Position numbers and translations under genes: made by a program
The notes under the pieces: model-generated
What the model was told of the DNA's origin: nothing
The model's input: the letters and a program-made list of their open reading frames with translations, nothing else
Database searches by the model: none
In this document: positions 53,905-63,239 of the stretch, piece after piece
Layout of the letters: the number at the start of each line of letters is the position of its first letter
How positions within the stretch are numbered: position 1 is the stretch's first letter
NCBI GenBank assembly: GCA_963666205.1
Contig: OY762654.1
Coordinates: forward strand, 672,001-736,000
From: Synergistales bacterium
GTDB taxonomy: Bacteria; Synergistota; Synergistia; Synergistales; JAFGMB01
Direction: 5' to 3'
DNA length: 64,000 bases

Positions 53905-55155
53905 CTAGAACCTGTAACTGACAGAGATACCGAACATGTGAGTATCTGCATTAGTAATATCAGAATCAAAAACCCCTTCACCTGAACGACCTTCTATATG
54001 CCTCTCCTTGATATCAAGATAGGCATACGAAAGGTCATATATCCACTTGTCCCTGGTAAATCCGTAACCAATGCTGTAGATCTGACGCCCATTGGCAGGA
54101 ACTATATAGTCTACTGTCTCATCAGGGACAGGGCTATCATCATAGACATAACCAAACCTGAGCCAGGAATTTTCCGAGAGGGCATGTTCGATCCCTAACT
54201 GATAACGCCAGACATCATCCCAGTTTTTGGGAGTTGAAGTAACGTCAGAATCGGGGCCATAGAGGTCCATACCGTAATTGATGGTCAATTTATCGTAACT
54301 ACTCCATCTCGTGTATATGGCATCAGCTTCAATCGATGTTTTTTCAGTTGCCTGGAAAGCTATTCCAGCGCTGAAAGATTCGGGAAGAGTCACTTTCCCT
54401 GCTCCGGTCGTATCCGGGAAAAGATACGCCGGGGTATCTGAAGGTACGGTAAAATCAGCGTTACCCTCTATGTTCTGTTCTATCTCGCTCCTGTAGAAGA
54501 AGCCCATTCTGATACGATCAGCAGGTTTAAAGTGCATGGCAAAATTCCAGCCCCAGCCGATATCATCTCCCTTGAGCTGGGCATCGATATCCGAAGGGAG
54601 AGAAAAAAGAGCTCCAGGAATCTTTTTTTTCTGCTCGAACTCAAACCACATGACCTCCATTCCTGCGGCTATAGCGAATTTTTCCGAAAGCTTTACAGCA
54701 AGGGTAGGGGTTAGGGAGAAACTCTGGATACAGCCATAATAATTATTATATTTTCCCGGCCAATCCTGATCGAATTCGGATCCCAGACCAAAACGTGATG
54801 TCGCAGATATACCGAACCAGTATTTCTCATTAAGCTGTTTTGTATAGTAGAAGTGAGGAGGAATCCAGATCTTATCCACATTGGAAAAACTCTGACCCAA
54901 ATCATTGAATCCTACATTCAGACTTGGCTTAATAGCGGTAAGACCGAACATTATGTTTTCACCCTCAAGCTGGGTGATACCAGCAGGATTATACACCAGA
55001 GCAGAAGGATCATCTGCTCTTCCCACCAGTGTTCCTCCCAGGGCATTTCCTCTGGAACTGAATTCATAAAGGGCAAAACCTGCCGCAAAAGAAGAACCAG
55101 CAACGCAAAGAATCAAAAATATCGAAAGAAAAATAGCACGAATAAACTCTCTCAA
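53905..55155 (-). CDS. OmpP1/FadL family outer-membrane transporter
   Basis: Signal peptide followed by AGFALYE, conserved NPAG, beta-strands, C-terminal SYRF. Confidence 0.9.
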   Translation of the reverse strand: MREFIRAIFLSIFLILCVAGSSFAAGFALYEFSSRGNALGGTLVGRADDPSALVYNPAGITQLEGENIMFGLTAIKPSLNVGFNDLGQSFSNVDKIWIPPHFYYTKQLNEKYWFGISATSRFGLGSEFDQDWPGKYNNYYGCIQSFSLTPTLAVKLSEKFAIAAGMEVMWFEFEQKKKIPGALFSLPSDIDAQLKGDDIGWGWNFAMHFKPADRIRMGFFYRSEIEQNIEGNADFTVPSDTPAYLFPDTTGAGKVTLPESFSAGIAFQATEKTSIEADAIYTRWSSYDKLTINYGMDLYGPDSDVTSTPKNWDDVWRYQLGIEHALSENSWLRFGYVYDDSPVPDETVDYIVPANGRQIYSIGYGFTRDKWIYDLSYAYLDIKERHIEGRSGEGVFDSDITNADTHMFGISVSYRF

Positions 55156-55213
55156 ATCATAAGACCTCCCAGGTAGAAATAGAATGTAAAGAACAAAACT
55201 CTAGACTTCTTTA

Positions 55214-55840
55214 TTAACTATCTTCATACTGATGAAGACTGAAGAGGCTTCTGACGAGAAGTTCCAGGGCCTTCTCTATACGTTTCCAGTCTTCATCTGA
55301 ATTCAGATCTATTCCAAGGTAAGTACCTGAAGTTTTAGCCCTCAGGAGAAGATAGGTAAAACCCGCAGAAAGTATTGCGGCAACAGCTGGAATATCAAGG
55401 TCTCTGGAAAGGTCTCTACCGATGCTCAACATCTCAATTAGCTGTTTACCCTGTCTTTCCCGTATTTCCGCTGTTTCAGCAGACAGATCATTTTTACCTG
55501 CGAGTTCCCCTCGTAGCAGTTCCTGGGCCATATTTCGTTTTTTTAACTCCCTCAGATATCCATTCAGCAGAGCCAGTGAAGAATCTGCCATAGATCCTTC
55601 AGAAAGTTCCAGTTCTCCGGGAGCTATATCTGCAAGGGATGGCCAGAAATCCCCCTGTTCAGCAAATTCATGAAGCAATTCGGGCAATCCCCCGAAGTAG
55701 CGATAGATCAGGACCTTATCTATACCTGCTTCTCTGGCAATATTATTGATACCGATGTTATTAAAACCCTTCCTTTCCAGTATTGAACCCACTGCCTTCA
55801 GAATTCGTTTTTTAGTCTCTTCCCTATCTCGAATTTTCAA
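55214..55840 (-). CDS. TetR/AcrR family transcriptional regulator
   Basis: RDREETKKRIL...GINNIAREAGIDKVLIYRYFGG HTH. True start is uncertain (near 55840, after GGAGG); the 55897 start would run through the promoter. Confidence 0.88.
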   Translation of the reverse strand: MKIRDREETKKRILKAVGSILERKGFNNIGINNIAREAGIDKVLIYRYFGGLPELLHEFAEQGDFWPSLADIAPGELELSEGSMADSSLALLNGYLRELKKRNMAQELLRGELAGKNDLSAETAEIRERQGKQLIEMLSIGRDLSRDLDIPAVAAILSAGFTYLLLRAKTSGTYLGIDLNSDEDWKRIEKALELLVRSLFSLHQYEDS

Positions 55841-55847
55841 CACCTCC

Positions 55848-55902
55848 GTCACCCTGAAGTGACAACTTACCCACTTTAAGTCACTCTGGAGTGACATGTC
55901 AA
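55848..55902 (-). promoter_or_regulatory. tetR promoter with two palindromic operators
   Basis: GTCACCCTGAAGTGAC (55848-55863) and GTCACTCTGGAGTGAC (55880-55895), 32 bp apart; the latter lies between TTGACA (55902-55897) and TAAAGT. Confidence 0.7.
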
Positions 55903-56125
55903 GAATAATTTTCCCTTAACATGAAAACAATACATTTCCATGTTAATATATTTTCCAGTTCCACCGAGTGAATGTTCTCTAAAGTGTCAGAATTTTCTTG
56001 CTTGACTTTGTGGTATCGGTTTATTTCCATTTTTCCAAGAAATGGGATAAATTATATTGTTGTGTGTTCAAAGATCGAAACGTAGTACGTACAGATCTCG
56101 TTATTTTCAGGAGGAGGGCAACTCA

Positions 56126-56956
56126 ATGCAGGGAGGCAAAGAAAAAGATCTCGAAAGTATCGCAAATAATATTCGCCAGGACATCATAAGGATGATAACA
56201 GAGGCACGTTCAGGCCATCCCGGAGGGTCCTTATCGGCAGCAGATATCGTAACTGCCCTTTACTTCAGGGTTATGAAGCATGATCCTTCAAACCCCTGCT
56301 GGGATGGAAGGGACAGATTCATCCTCTCAAAAGGACACGCATGTCCAGTTATTTATGCAGCCCTTGCTGAAGCCGGCTATTTCCCCAAAGAGGAGCTGTT
56401 GACCCTCAGAAAGATAGGCTCAAGACTCCAGGGACATCCAGACAAATGCAAGCTTCCCGGATTTGAGGCCTCTACCGGCAGCCTGGGACAGGGGCTTTCA
56501 ATAGCTGCAGGTATGGCTCTGGGTCTCAAAATGGACGGCAAAACAAACAAAGTATACTGTCTTATGGGAGATGGTGAACTCGATGAAGGGCAGATATGGG
56601 AAGCTGCTATGACTGCCTCACATTACAAACTTGACAATCTCTGCGGTATTGTTGACAGAAACGGCCTTCAGATAGACGGATGTACTGCGGAAGTCAAAGA
56701 TATTGAACCCCTTGCTGAAAAATGGAAGGCGTTCGGCTGGAATGTTCTGGAAGTGGACGGTCATGATATTGAAGATATTGTCAAAAGTCTTAAACGTTTC
56801 AACCATACCCACTTCAGACCAACTGTTATCATTGCACATACAGTAAAAGGCAAGGGGGTCTCCTTCATGGCCGACCAGGCCGGCTGGCATGGCAAAGCTC
56901 CCAGTCCCGAACAGGCAGAACATGCCCTTAATGAACTTTCCACAGAGGTGATGTAG
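56126..56956 (+). CDS. Transketolase, N-terminal subunit
   Basis: SGHPGGSLS, DRFILSKGH, LQGHP, STGSLGQG, GDGELDEG; ATG 56126 after SD GGAGG. Confidence 0.93.
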   Translation: MQGGKEKDLESIANNIRQDIIRMITEARSGHPGGSLSAADIVTALYFRVMKHDPSNPCWDGRDRFILSKGHACPVIYAALAEAGYFPKEELLTLRKIGSRLQGHPDKCKLPGFEASTGSLGQGLSIAAGMALGLKMDGKTNKVYCLMGDGELDEGQIWEAAMTASHYKLDNLCGIVDRNGLQIDGCTAEVKDIEPLAEKWKAFGWNVLEVDGHDIEDIVKSLKRFNHTHFRPTVIIAHTVKGKGVSFMADQAGWHGKAPSPEQAEHALNELSTEVM

Positions 56957-57937
56957 ATGAAAGACTTAAAACTTTCAAACAATATTCTTGGTGATGTAGA
57001 AATGATACCCACCAGGTTCGGTTACGGTGACGGATTGGTAGCCCTCGGCAAGCAGAATTCTGACGTTGTAGTTCTTGGAGCAGATCTTACGTCATCCCTA
57101 TGTGCAGACAGATTCCAGAAAGCCTTTCCTGATCGATTCATTCAGATCGGTATCGCTGAACAGGATATGATGGGAGTTGCATCGGGTCTGTCAATCGTCG
57201 GAAAGATCCCCTTTGTCAGCACCTATGGAGTTTTCTGCACCGGGAGAGCATGGGATCAGTTGCGTACCACAGTGGCATATGCAAAGCTCAATGTAAAGGT
57301 TGGATCAGGCCATGGTGGTATATCTGTCGGTCCTGACGGGGCAACACACCAGGCTCTCGAGGATATAGCCATCACAAGAACTATACCCAATATGACAGTT
57401 ATAGTCCCCGCTGACTACCATGAAACTTTTAAAGCCACCATCGCTGCTGCTAACATGGATGGGCCGGTGATGATACGCTTTGGAAGAGAAAAGGTGCCCG
57501 TAATAACCACTTCTGAAACGCCCTTCGAGATCGGGAAAGCCGATATCTACCGGGATGGCAGTGATGTCTCAGTTATAGCTTGCGGCGTTATGGTCTATCA
57601 GGCCCTTGTAGCTGCGGAGAAACTGGCCAACGAGGGTATATCCGTACAGGTAATCAATTGTCACACAGTAAAACCCATAGATATGGAAACCATTATCGGT
57701 GCTGCTGCTCTGACCGGTGCAGTTGTTACAGCGGAAGAACACCAGGTAATGGGCGGTTTCGGAAGTGCAGTGGCCGAAGTTTTATGCCAGAACTGCCCTG
57801 TACCGATGAAAATGGTCGGGATACAGGACAGTTTTGGAGAATCCGGACAACCCGATGACCTGATGAGGAAATTCAACCTTCTCGATACAGATATCATAAA
57901 GGCTGTCAGAGAAGTCCTGAGAAAGAAAAGCAGGTGA
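56957..57937 (+). CDS. Transketolase, C-terminal subunit
   Basis: GIAEQDM, GPDGATHQ, EEH...GGFGSAV, FGESG. Confidence 0.93.
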   Translation: MKDLKLSNNILGDVEMIPTRFGYGDGLVALGKQNSDVVVLGADLTSSLCADRFQKAFPDRFIQIGIAEQDMMGVASGLSIVGKIPFVSTYGVFCTGRAWDQLRTTVAYAKLNVKVGSGHGGISVGPDGATHQALEDIAITRTIPNMTVIVPADYHETFKATIAAANMDGPVMIRFGREKVPVITTSETPFEIGKADIYRDGSDVSVIACGVMVYQALVAAEKLANEGISVQVINCHTVKPIDMETIIGAAALTGAVVTAEEHQVMGGFGSAVAEVLCQNCPVPMKMVGIQDSFGESGQPDDLMRKFNLLDTDIIKAVREVLRKKSR

Positions 57938-59160
57938 ATCAGATGGTAGACTTTGCTGACAGGATCAGCCGTTTGGGAACTGAGACAGCTTTTGCTGTAG
58001 GTGCGGAGGCAAAACAACTTGCCGACAGGGGATTCAAAGTTTATCCATTCCATCTGGGAGACCTCGATATTGCAACTCCGGAATATGTAGTGGAAGCTGC
58101 TGTTAAAGCTATGAAGGATGGCAAGACAGGTTATTGCGCAACTCCAGGTATTGCTCCCCTCAGGGAGGCTCTGGCAGATGATGTAGGTAAAGCAAGAGAG
58201 CTAAAGCTGGACATGGAAAACGTAAGTATACAGACCGGGGGAAAACCTGTAATAGGGAAATTCATCATGTCTCTCATGAACCCGGGAGATGAAGTCCTTT
58301 ACCCTAATCCGGGATATCCCATCTATGAATCTTTGATCAGATTTCACGGTGGAGTAGCAAAACCATATGGTTTTATAGAGAACGACCTTGGATTTGCTCT
58401 GGATTTTGACAGTATCGAAAGTCAGATAACCCCTAAAACAAAGATCTTTATTTATAACAACTACCATAACCCTACAAGCGCCGAATCAGATCCAGCTGAG
58501 ATGCAAAGACTGGCAGAATTATGCATAAGACATGATCTTTACGTTCTGAGTGATGAGGCATATTTCGATATCCTTTATGAAGGACAGGGTCAGAGCATAG
58601 CAAGCCTTCCGGGAATGTTTGATCGAACTGTTATTCTTTACACATTTTCGAAAAAATTCGCCATGACCGGGTGGCGCCTTGGTGCTGCTATAGGCCCCAA
58701 AGAAATAATATCCATAATTTCCAAACTTAACATAAATGATGAATCATGCTCAAATCATTTTGTCCAGTGGGCGGCAGTGGAAGCCCTTAAAGCTCCCGGG
58801 GATAACTACAACAGAATGCTGGCGGTTCTCAGGGAACGCAGGGATGTGGCTGTTGATATTCTCAACTCCATGGAGGGAATAAAGGTTCACCGGCCCAACA
58901 GCACTTTTTACCTTTTCCCGAACGTTACCTCTGCCATGAAACAACTGGACATCAAAGGAGTAGAGGAATTCAGAAAGGTCATCCTTGACAAAACAGGAGT
59001 TTCTTTTACCACTAGAGATCATTTTGGCACTCCCCTACCCTCTGAAACCCAGAAATATATAAGACTTGCCTATTCCGGGATCACAAAAGAAGACATCCTC
59101 GAAGGCCTTGGTTTGATGAAGGAATTTCTGGCATCTTCATCGCCCTGTAAAGCACTCTAG
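57934..59160 (+). CDS. Class I/II PLP-dependent aminotransferase (AspC-like)
   Basis: PGDEVL-PNPGYPIY, HNPT, SDEAY, FSKKFAMTGWRLG, YIRLAY; overlaps the upstream stop (GTGA). Confidence 0.9.
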   Translation: MNQMVDFADRISRLGTETAFAVGAEAKQLADRGFKVYPFHLGDLDIATPEYVVEAAVKAMKDGKTGYCATPGIAPLREALADDVGKARELKLDMENVSIQTGGKPVIGKFIMSLMNPGDEVLYPNPGYPIYESLIRFHGGVAKPYGFIENDLGFALDFDSIESQITPKTKIFIYNNYHNPTSAESDPAEMQRLAELCIRHDLYVLSDEAYFDILYEGQGQSIASLPGMFDRTVILYTFSKKFAMTGWRLGAAIGPKEIISIISKLNINDESCSNHFVQWAAVEALKAPGDNYNRMLAVLRERRDVAVDILNSMEGIKVHRPNSTFYLFPNVTSAMKQLDIKGVEEFRKVILDKTGVSFTTRDHFGTPLPSETQKYIRLAYSGITKEDILEGLGLMKEFLASSSPCKAL

Positions 59161-59175
59161 ATATCCCTGCATCAT

Positions 59176-59220
59176 AAAAGCGGGTGTTGGAGCATGTAAT
59201 AGCTCCAACACCCGCTTTTT
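59176..59220 (+). terminator. Rho-independent terminator
   Basis: AAAAGCGGGTGTTGGAGC / GCTCCAACACCCGCTTTT arms with a T run. Confidence 0.85.
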
Positions 59221-59290
59221 ATCCATTCCCAAAATCTTCTGTAAAAACATAAAGATTTACTATATAAAGGATTATTAAGACATCTTTATA

Positions 59291-59338
59291 GTTTTACATG
59301 TAGCGTCCTGGAGATCAGATTTATGCTATATGTAGTGG
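59291..59338 (+). promoter_or_regulatory. Tandem NrdR-box-like operators
   Basis: TTTTACATGTAGCG and TGCTATATGTAGTG, 32 bp apart, upstream of nrdD; resemble the CACTATATATAGTG-type consensus. Confidence 0.6.
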
Positions 59339-59417
59339 TAAAATAGTTTGGCTACCCTTAAATACATCAACTTCGAAGTGCAGAACTATGAAAGAATATG
59401 TACAGGGAGGAACACTC

Positions 59418-61457
59418 ATGTCTATTCGATATATAGAAAAACGTGACGGATCAAAGGATATATTCGATAGTAAAAAGATCAGGTATGCGGTTATCAAGGC
59501 AACGAAGGCAGTTGAAAGGAATGAACCTGATACGATAGCCGATGAGATAACTCTCGAAGTGGTGTCTTATCTTAATATTTTTTTTAACAAGGAAGGGATA
59601 CCCACAGTCGAACAGGTTCAGGACCTTGTGGAAAAAATACTTATAGAAAAAGGTTATGCTGATATAGCCAAAGCATACATCCTCTATCGCGAACAACACG
59701 CAAAACTCAGGGATACCCGTGAACTCCTGGGCAACGCAGCCCAGATGGTTAATAAATACCTTGAGAAGATAGACTGGAAGGTCAATGAGAACAGTAACAT
59801 GAGTTACTCCCTGCAGGGACTGAATAACTATATTGCGTCAGAAGTAACTGCACAATACTGGCTAAATGAAATATATCCTCCACAGATACGGGAAAATCAT
59901 ATTGGAGGAGATTTTCATATTCATGACTTGAATAACCTGTCTGTATACTGCTGCGGATGGGATCTGCAGGATCTCCTTCTGAGCGGATTTACGGGTGTAC
60001 ATACTAAAATCGGCAGTAAACCGGCAAAACATTTCAGGACTGCACTCGGACAGATCGTGAATTTCTTTTATACCATGCAGGGAGAATCTGCAGGAGCCCA
60101 GGCTTTCTCAAATTTTGACACGTACCTGGCACCTTTTATCTATTATGATGAACTAAGCTACAGAGAAGTCAAACAGGCTATGCAGGAATTTGTTTTCAAT
60201 CTGAATGTTCCCACCAGAGTAGGTTTTCAGACCCCATTTACCAATATAACAATGGACCTGATCCCGCCATCTTCCATAAAATCACTTCCGGCAATAATAG
60301 GCGGCAAGTTTCAGGAAAAGTCCCTTGGTGAATTCCAGACAGAGATGGACATGCTGAACCGGGCTTTTGCCGAAATAATGCTTGAGGGAGATGCTTCGAA
60401 CAAAGTATTTCCCTTTCCCATACCCACCTATAATATTACCTCGGATTTCTGCTGGGATAACGAGATACTGGAACCAGTATGGGAAATGACATCAAAATAC
60501 GGCATTCCCTATTTCTCCAACTTTGTGAACTCCGATATGGATCCGGACGATGCCAGAAGTATGTGCTGCAGACTCAGGCTGGATAACCGGGAATTGAGGA
60601 AACGTGGCGGTGGTCTTTTTGGATCCAATCCCATGACTGGCTCCATTGGAGTAGTGACCCTTAACATGCCCCGAATCGGTTATCTTTCAGGGGATGAAAA
60701 TGATTTTCTTCGAAGGACTTTCGACCTCATGGATATAGCAAGGGAAAGCCTGGAGATAAAGCGCAAGATCCTTGAAAGATTTACAACACATAATCTTTAT
60801 CCTTACTCAAAGTTCTATCTTCGTAACATTAAAGAATCTTCCGGGAAGTTCTGGAACAACCATTTCAATACTATCGGCCTTAATGGAATGAATGAAGCCG
60901 CCATCAATTTCATGGGGAAAGACCTTTCTTCCACCGAAGGAATTGCTTTCTGTACAAGGGTCATGGAGGCAATGAAGGAAAGGATGATCCAGTTCCAGGA
61001 AGAGACTGGCAACCTTTATAATCTGGAGGCAACCCCTGCAGAAGGAGCAACCTACAGATTTGCAAAAACAGATAAGGAAAGGTTCGGAAACAGTATCATC
61101 TGCGCCAACGAAAAGAACTACAGGGAGTATGGTGCAGATCCCTATTATACGAACTCATCCCAGTTACCGGTTGGCTATACTGATGATATCTTTGAAGCTC
61201 TTTCGCTACAGGATGATCTGCAGACTTTATATACTGGAGGGACCGTTTTCCATGGATTTCTTGGAGAAAGCATGCCCTCCGGTAAAAGCACAAAACTTCT
61301 TGTACGTCGAATTGCTGAAAATTTCAGGCTTCCCTACTATACTATTACCCCTACTTTCAGTATTTGTCCCATTCATGGATATATTCAGGGAGAGCACGAA
61401 TTCTGCCCTTACTGTGATCAGGAAATCGGATATTCCGCAGAGGAGATCATTTCTTGA
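59418..61457 (+). CDS. nrdD: Anaerobic (class III) ribonucleoside-triphosphate reductase, large fragment with ATP cone, lacking the Gly-radical loop
   Basis: ATP cone (IEKRDG...VEQVQDLVE...AKAYILYR), HIHDL, YCCGW, SMCCRL, EATPAE, Zn site CPIH...CPYC, then stop; no RVxGY. Confidence 0.92.
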   Translation: MSIRYIEKRDGSKDIFDSKKIRYAVIKATKAVERNEPDTIADEITLEVVSYLNIFFNKEGIPTVEQVQDLVEKILIEKGYADIAKAYILYREQHAKLRDTRELLGNAAQMVNKYLEKIDWKVNENSNMSYSLQGLNNYIASEVTAQYWLNEIYPPQIRENHIGGDFHIHDLNNLSVYCCGWDLQDLLLSGFTGVHTKIGSKPAKHFRTALGQIVNFFYTMQGESAGAQAFSNFDTYLAPFIYYDELSYREVKQAMQEFVFNLNVPTRVGFQTPFTNITMDLIPPSSIKSLPAIIGGKFQEKSLGEFQTEMDMLNRAFAEIMLEGDASNKVFPFPIPTYNITSDFCWDNEILEPVWEMTSKYGIPYFSNFVNSDMDPDDARSMCCRLRLDNRELRKRGGGLFGSNPMTGSIGVVTLNMPRIGYLSGDENDFLRRTFDLMDIARESLEIKRKILERFTTHNLYPYSKFYLRNIKESSGKFWNNHFNTIGLNGMNEAAINFMGKDLSSTEGIAFCTRVMEAMKERMIQFQEETGNLYNLEATPAEGATYRFAKTDKERFGNSIICANEKNYREYGADPYYTNSSQLPVGYTDDIFEALSLQDDLQTLYTGGTVFHGFLGESMPSGKSTKLLVRRIAENFRLPYYTITPTFSICPIHGYIQGEHEFCPYCDQEIGYSAEEIIS

Positions 61458-62149
61458 TTATAACTGGCATGCAGAAAGTTAGTCTCATTGATTATCCTGA
61501 ACATATTGCCTGCGTGATCTTTACAAGGGGGTGTAATCTCCGTTGTCCCTATTGTCACAACCCGGAGCTGGTGGATCCCGAAAGATACCCTGAAGAGAGT
61601 ATACCTGTTTCCGGTTTGTGGCAGTTTCTTGAAAACAGAAAGAGTTTTCTCGACGGAGTCTGCATTACAGGGGGGGAACCCACTCTCCAGGAAGACATTG
61701 AAGACTTTACAGCTAAAATACGATCAATGGGCTTTAAAATTAAACTGGACACCAATGGATCTAAACCGGATGTTCTGAAAAAACTCCTCAAGAAAAACCT
61801 TCTGGATTATGTAGCCATGGACATAAAAGTGCCTCTTGCAAGATATAAATCTGTTATGGGTTTTAAGGAAGACCCATCCTGTATAGGAGAAAGCATAGAT
61901 ATACTGGAAAATTCATACACCGTCCATGAGTTCAGGACTACAGTAGTTCCTGGAATCCACTCCTGTGAAGATATGGACATCATGGGAGATCTGGTCAAGG
62001 GAACGGATCTGTTTTTTATACAGAATTTCAGACCCAGTAAACATCTTCAACCCAGCATGGAGGGACTTAGCGGATTTCCAAAAGCAATGCTTGAGAGATT
62101 CAGGGATATCCTTGAAAAATATATAACGCATGTTTACATAAGGAACTAG
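61454..62149 (+). CDS. nrdG: Class III RNR activating enzyme (radical SAM)
   Basis: SLIDYP, GCNLRCPYCHN, ITGGEPT, KLDTNG, EFRTT; overlaps the nrdD stop. Confidence 0.92.
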   Translation: MIITGMQKVSLIDYPEHIACVIFTRGCNLRCPYCHNPELVDPERYPEESIPVSGLWQFLENRKSFLDGVCITGGEPTLQEDIEDFTAKIRSMGFKIKLDTNGSKPDVLKKLLKKNLLDYVAMDIKVPLARYKSVMGFKEDPSCIGESIDILENSYTVHEFRTTVVPGIHSCEDMDIMGDLVKGTDLFFIQNFRPSKHLQPSMEGLSGFPKAMLERFRDILEKYITHVYIRN

Positions 62150-62185
62150 ACCTTAATAATTGGACTTCAAAGGAGAGCGATGGTC

Positions 62186-62338
62186 ATGGAACAAAAGGAA
62201 CTGAAAAGAACCAGGTGTGAGGTATACTCTAGAGTGGTAGGCTATCTGACCCCGGTATCACAATGGAACAAAGGGAAAAAAGCTGAATTCAGAGACAGGA
62301 AAACCTTTGACAGTATTCTGGATGATATCAAGAAATAA
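62186..62338 (+). CDS. Stand-alone NrdD glycyl-radical domain (50 aa; 52 aa from alternative ATG 62180)
   Basis: Below the ORF-track cutoff. MEQKELKRTRCEVYSRVVGYLTPVSQWNKGKKAEFRDRKTFDSILDDIKK*; SD AAGGAG at 62170-62175. Confidence 0.9.
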   Translation: MEQKELKRTRCEVYSRVVGYLTPVSQWNKGKKAEFRDRKTFDSILDDIKK

Positions 62339-62465
62339 TTTTAATCCCCTTACCTGTTCGCAGGTAGGACCGATCTGAATAGATGAATCCCTGTACCTGT
62401 TTACTGTCGGCTATACTGTGGATCATCAAGTTTGAAGATGTAGCTTTTCGGAGGGGTAACTCAAT

Positions 62466-63239
62466 ATGAACTTTGCTGTGCTAGATCTTGAAACAAACGG
62501 TTTTAAAGGCACATCAGCAGTTTCAGCTTCATCCATTGTCTTTGACGAAAACGGAATAATTCTGAACTTTTTTAACAGGTATTACTATCCCACCGAAAGG
62601 CCTGATTATGGGGCTATAAGGGTTCATGGCCTTGACCCTTCAAGAATTACCTGGCTCAGAAAGGGGTATTCCTATCCAGAATATTTTTCTGATGACTGGG
62701 ACAGCCTCAGTTTGTTCTGGGAACATCACCATGTTGAAGCTATAACAGTACACAACCTTGGTTTTGACACATCTTTTATTCCCGACTCTGCAAAAAAGGA
62801 CCGTAAATGGTGGTGTTCCATGCTCGGACTTACCGACTTCTGTAAAATTCCGGGCAAAAATGGGCAATATAAATGGCCTAAACTCGAAGAGGCAAAAAAG
62901 ATCACGATGAATACCTTCAGTGCTGATGCCAATGTCCTAAGCACTGAAAGGGCAATATCCAGTCACATATGCCATAACTCTCTCAGCGACTGTATGGATC
63001 TTTACTCTATCTTTATAAGGATATGGAAAAACAGACCGGATCTCGTGAAATTCGCTTTTATAAAAAAAATGTTCATTCAGGCTAAATGGGAAAAATATGA
63101 ATGGGACCACTGTTGTGAACCTGACCGACATATATGGTCTGCCCTTCAGTTAAGTCTGGAAATAGCCCGACTTGCCGGTCTGGAAAAGAAAGAACGAAAA
63201 ATAATCCGCTCTCTGGAAGATCTATTTCCCGAGAGTTAA
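62466..63239 (+). CDS. DEDDh-type 3'-5' exonuclease domain protein
   Basis: VLDLETNG (ExoI), AIRVHG, HNLGFD (ExoII), KWPKLEE, HNSLSD (ExoIII). Confidence 0.78.
   Translation: MNFAVLDLETNGFKGTSAVSASSIVFDENGIILNFFNRYYYPTERPDYGAIRVHGLDPSRITWLRKGYSYPEYFSDDWDSLSLFWEHHHVEAITVHNLGFDTSFIPDSAKKDRKWWCSMLGLTDFCKIPGKNGQYKWPKLEEAKKITMNTFSADANVLSTERAISSHICHNSLSDCMDLYSIFIRIWKNRPDLVKFAFIKKMFIQAKWEKYEWDHCCEPDRHIWSALQLSLEIARLAGLEKKERKIIRSLEDLFPES

Noticed and set aside
55841-55897. N-terminal extension of TetR given by the ORF track (similar over-long starts for the amidase, hom, dppF, psd, abrB-like, thiT, TK-N and nrdD)
   Set aside because: The extensions run through promoters, operators or neighbouring genes; downstream starts fit the SD position or the expected family N-terminus better.
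59418-61457. nrdD as a truncated pseudogene
   Set aside because: The ORF is otherwise intact, is coupled to an intact nrdG, has NrdR-like boxes, and the missing domain is present as a separate ORF with its own SD.
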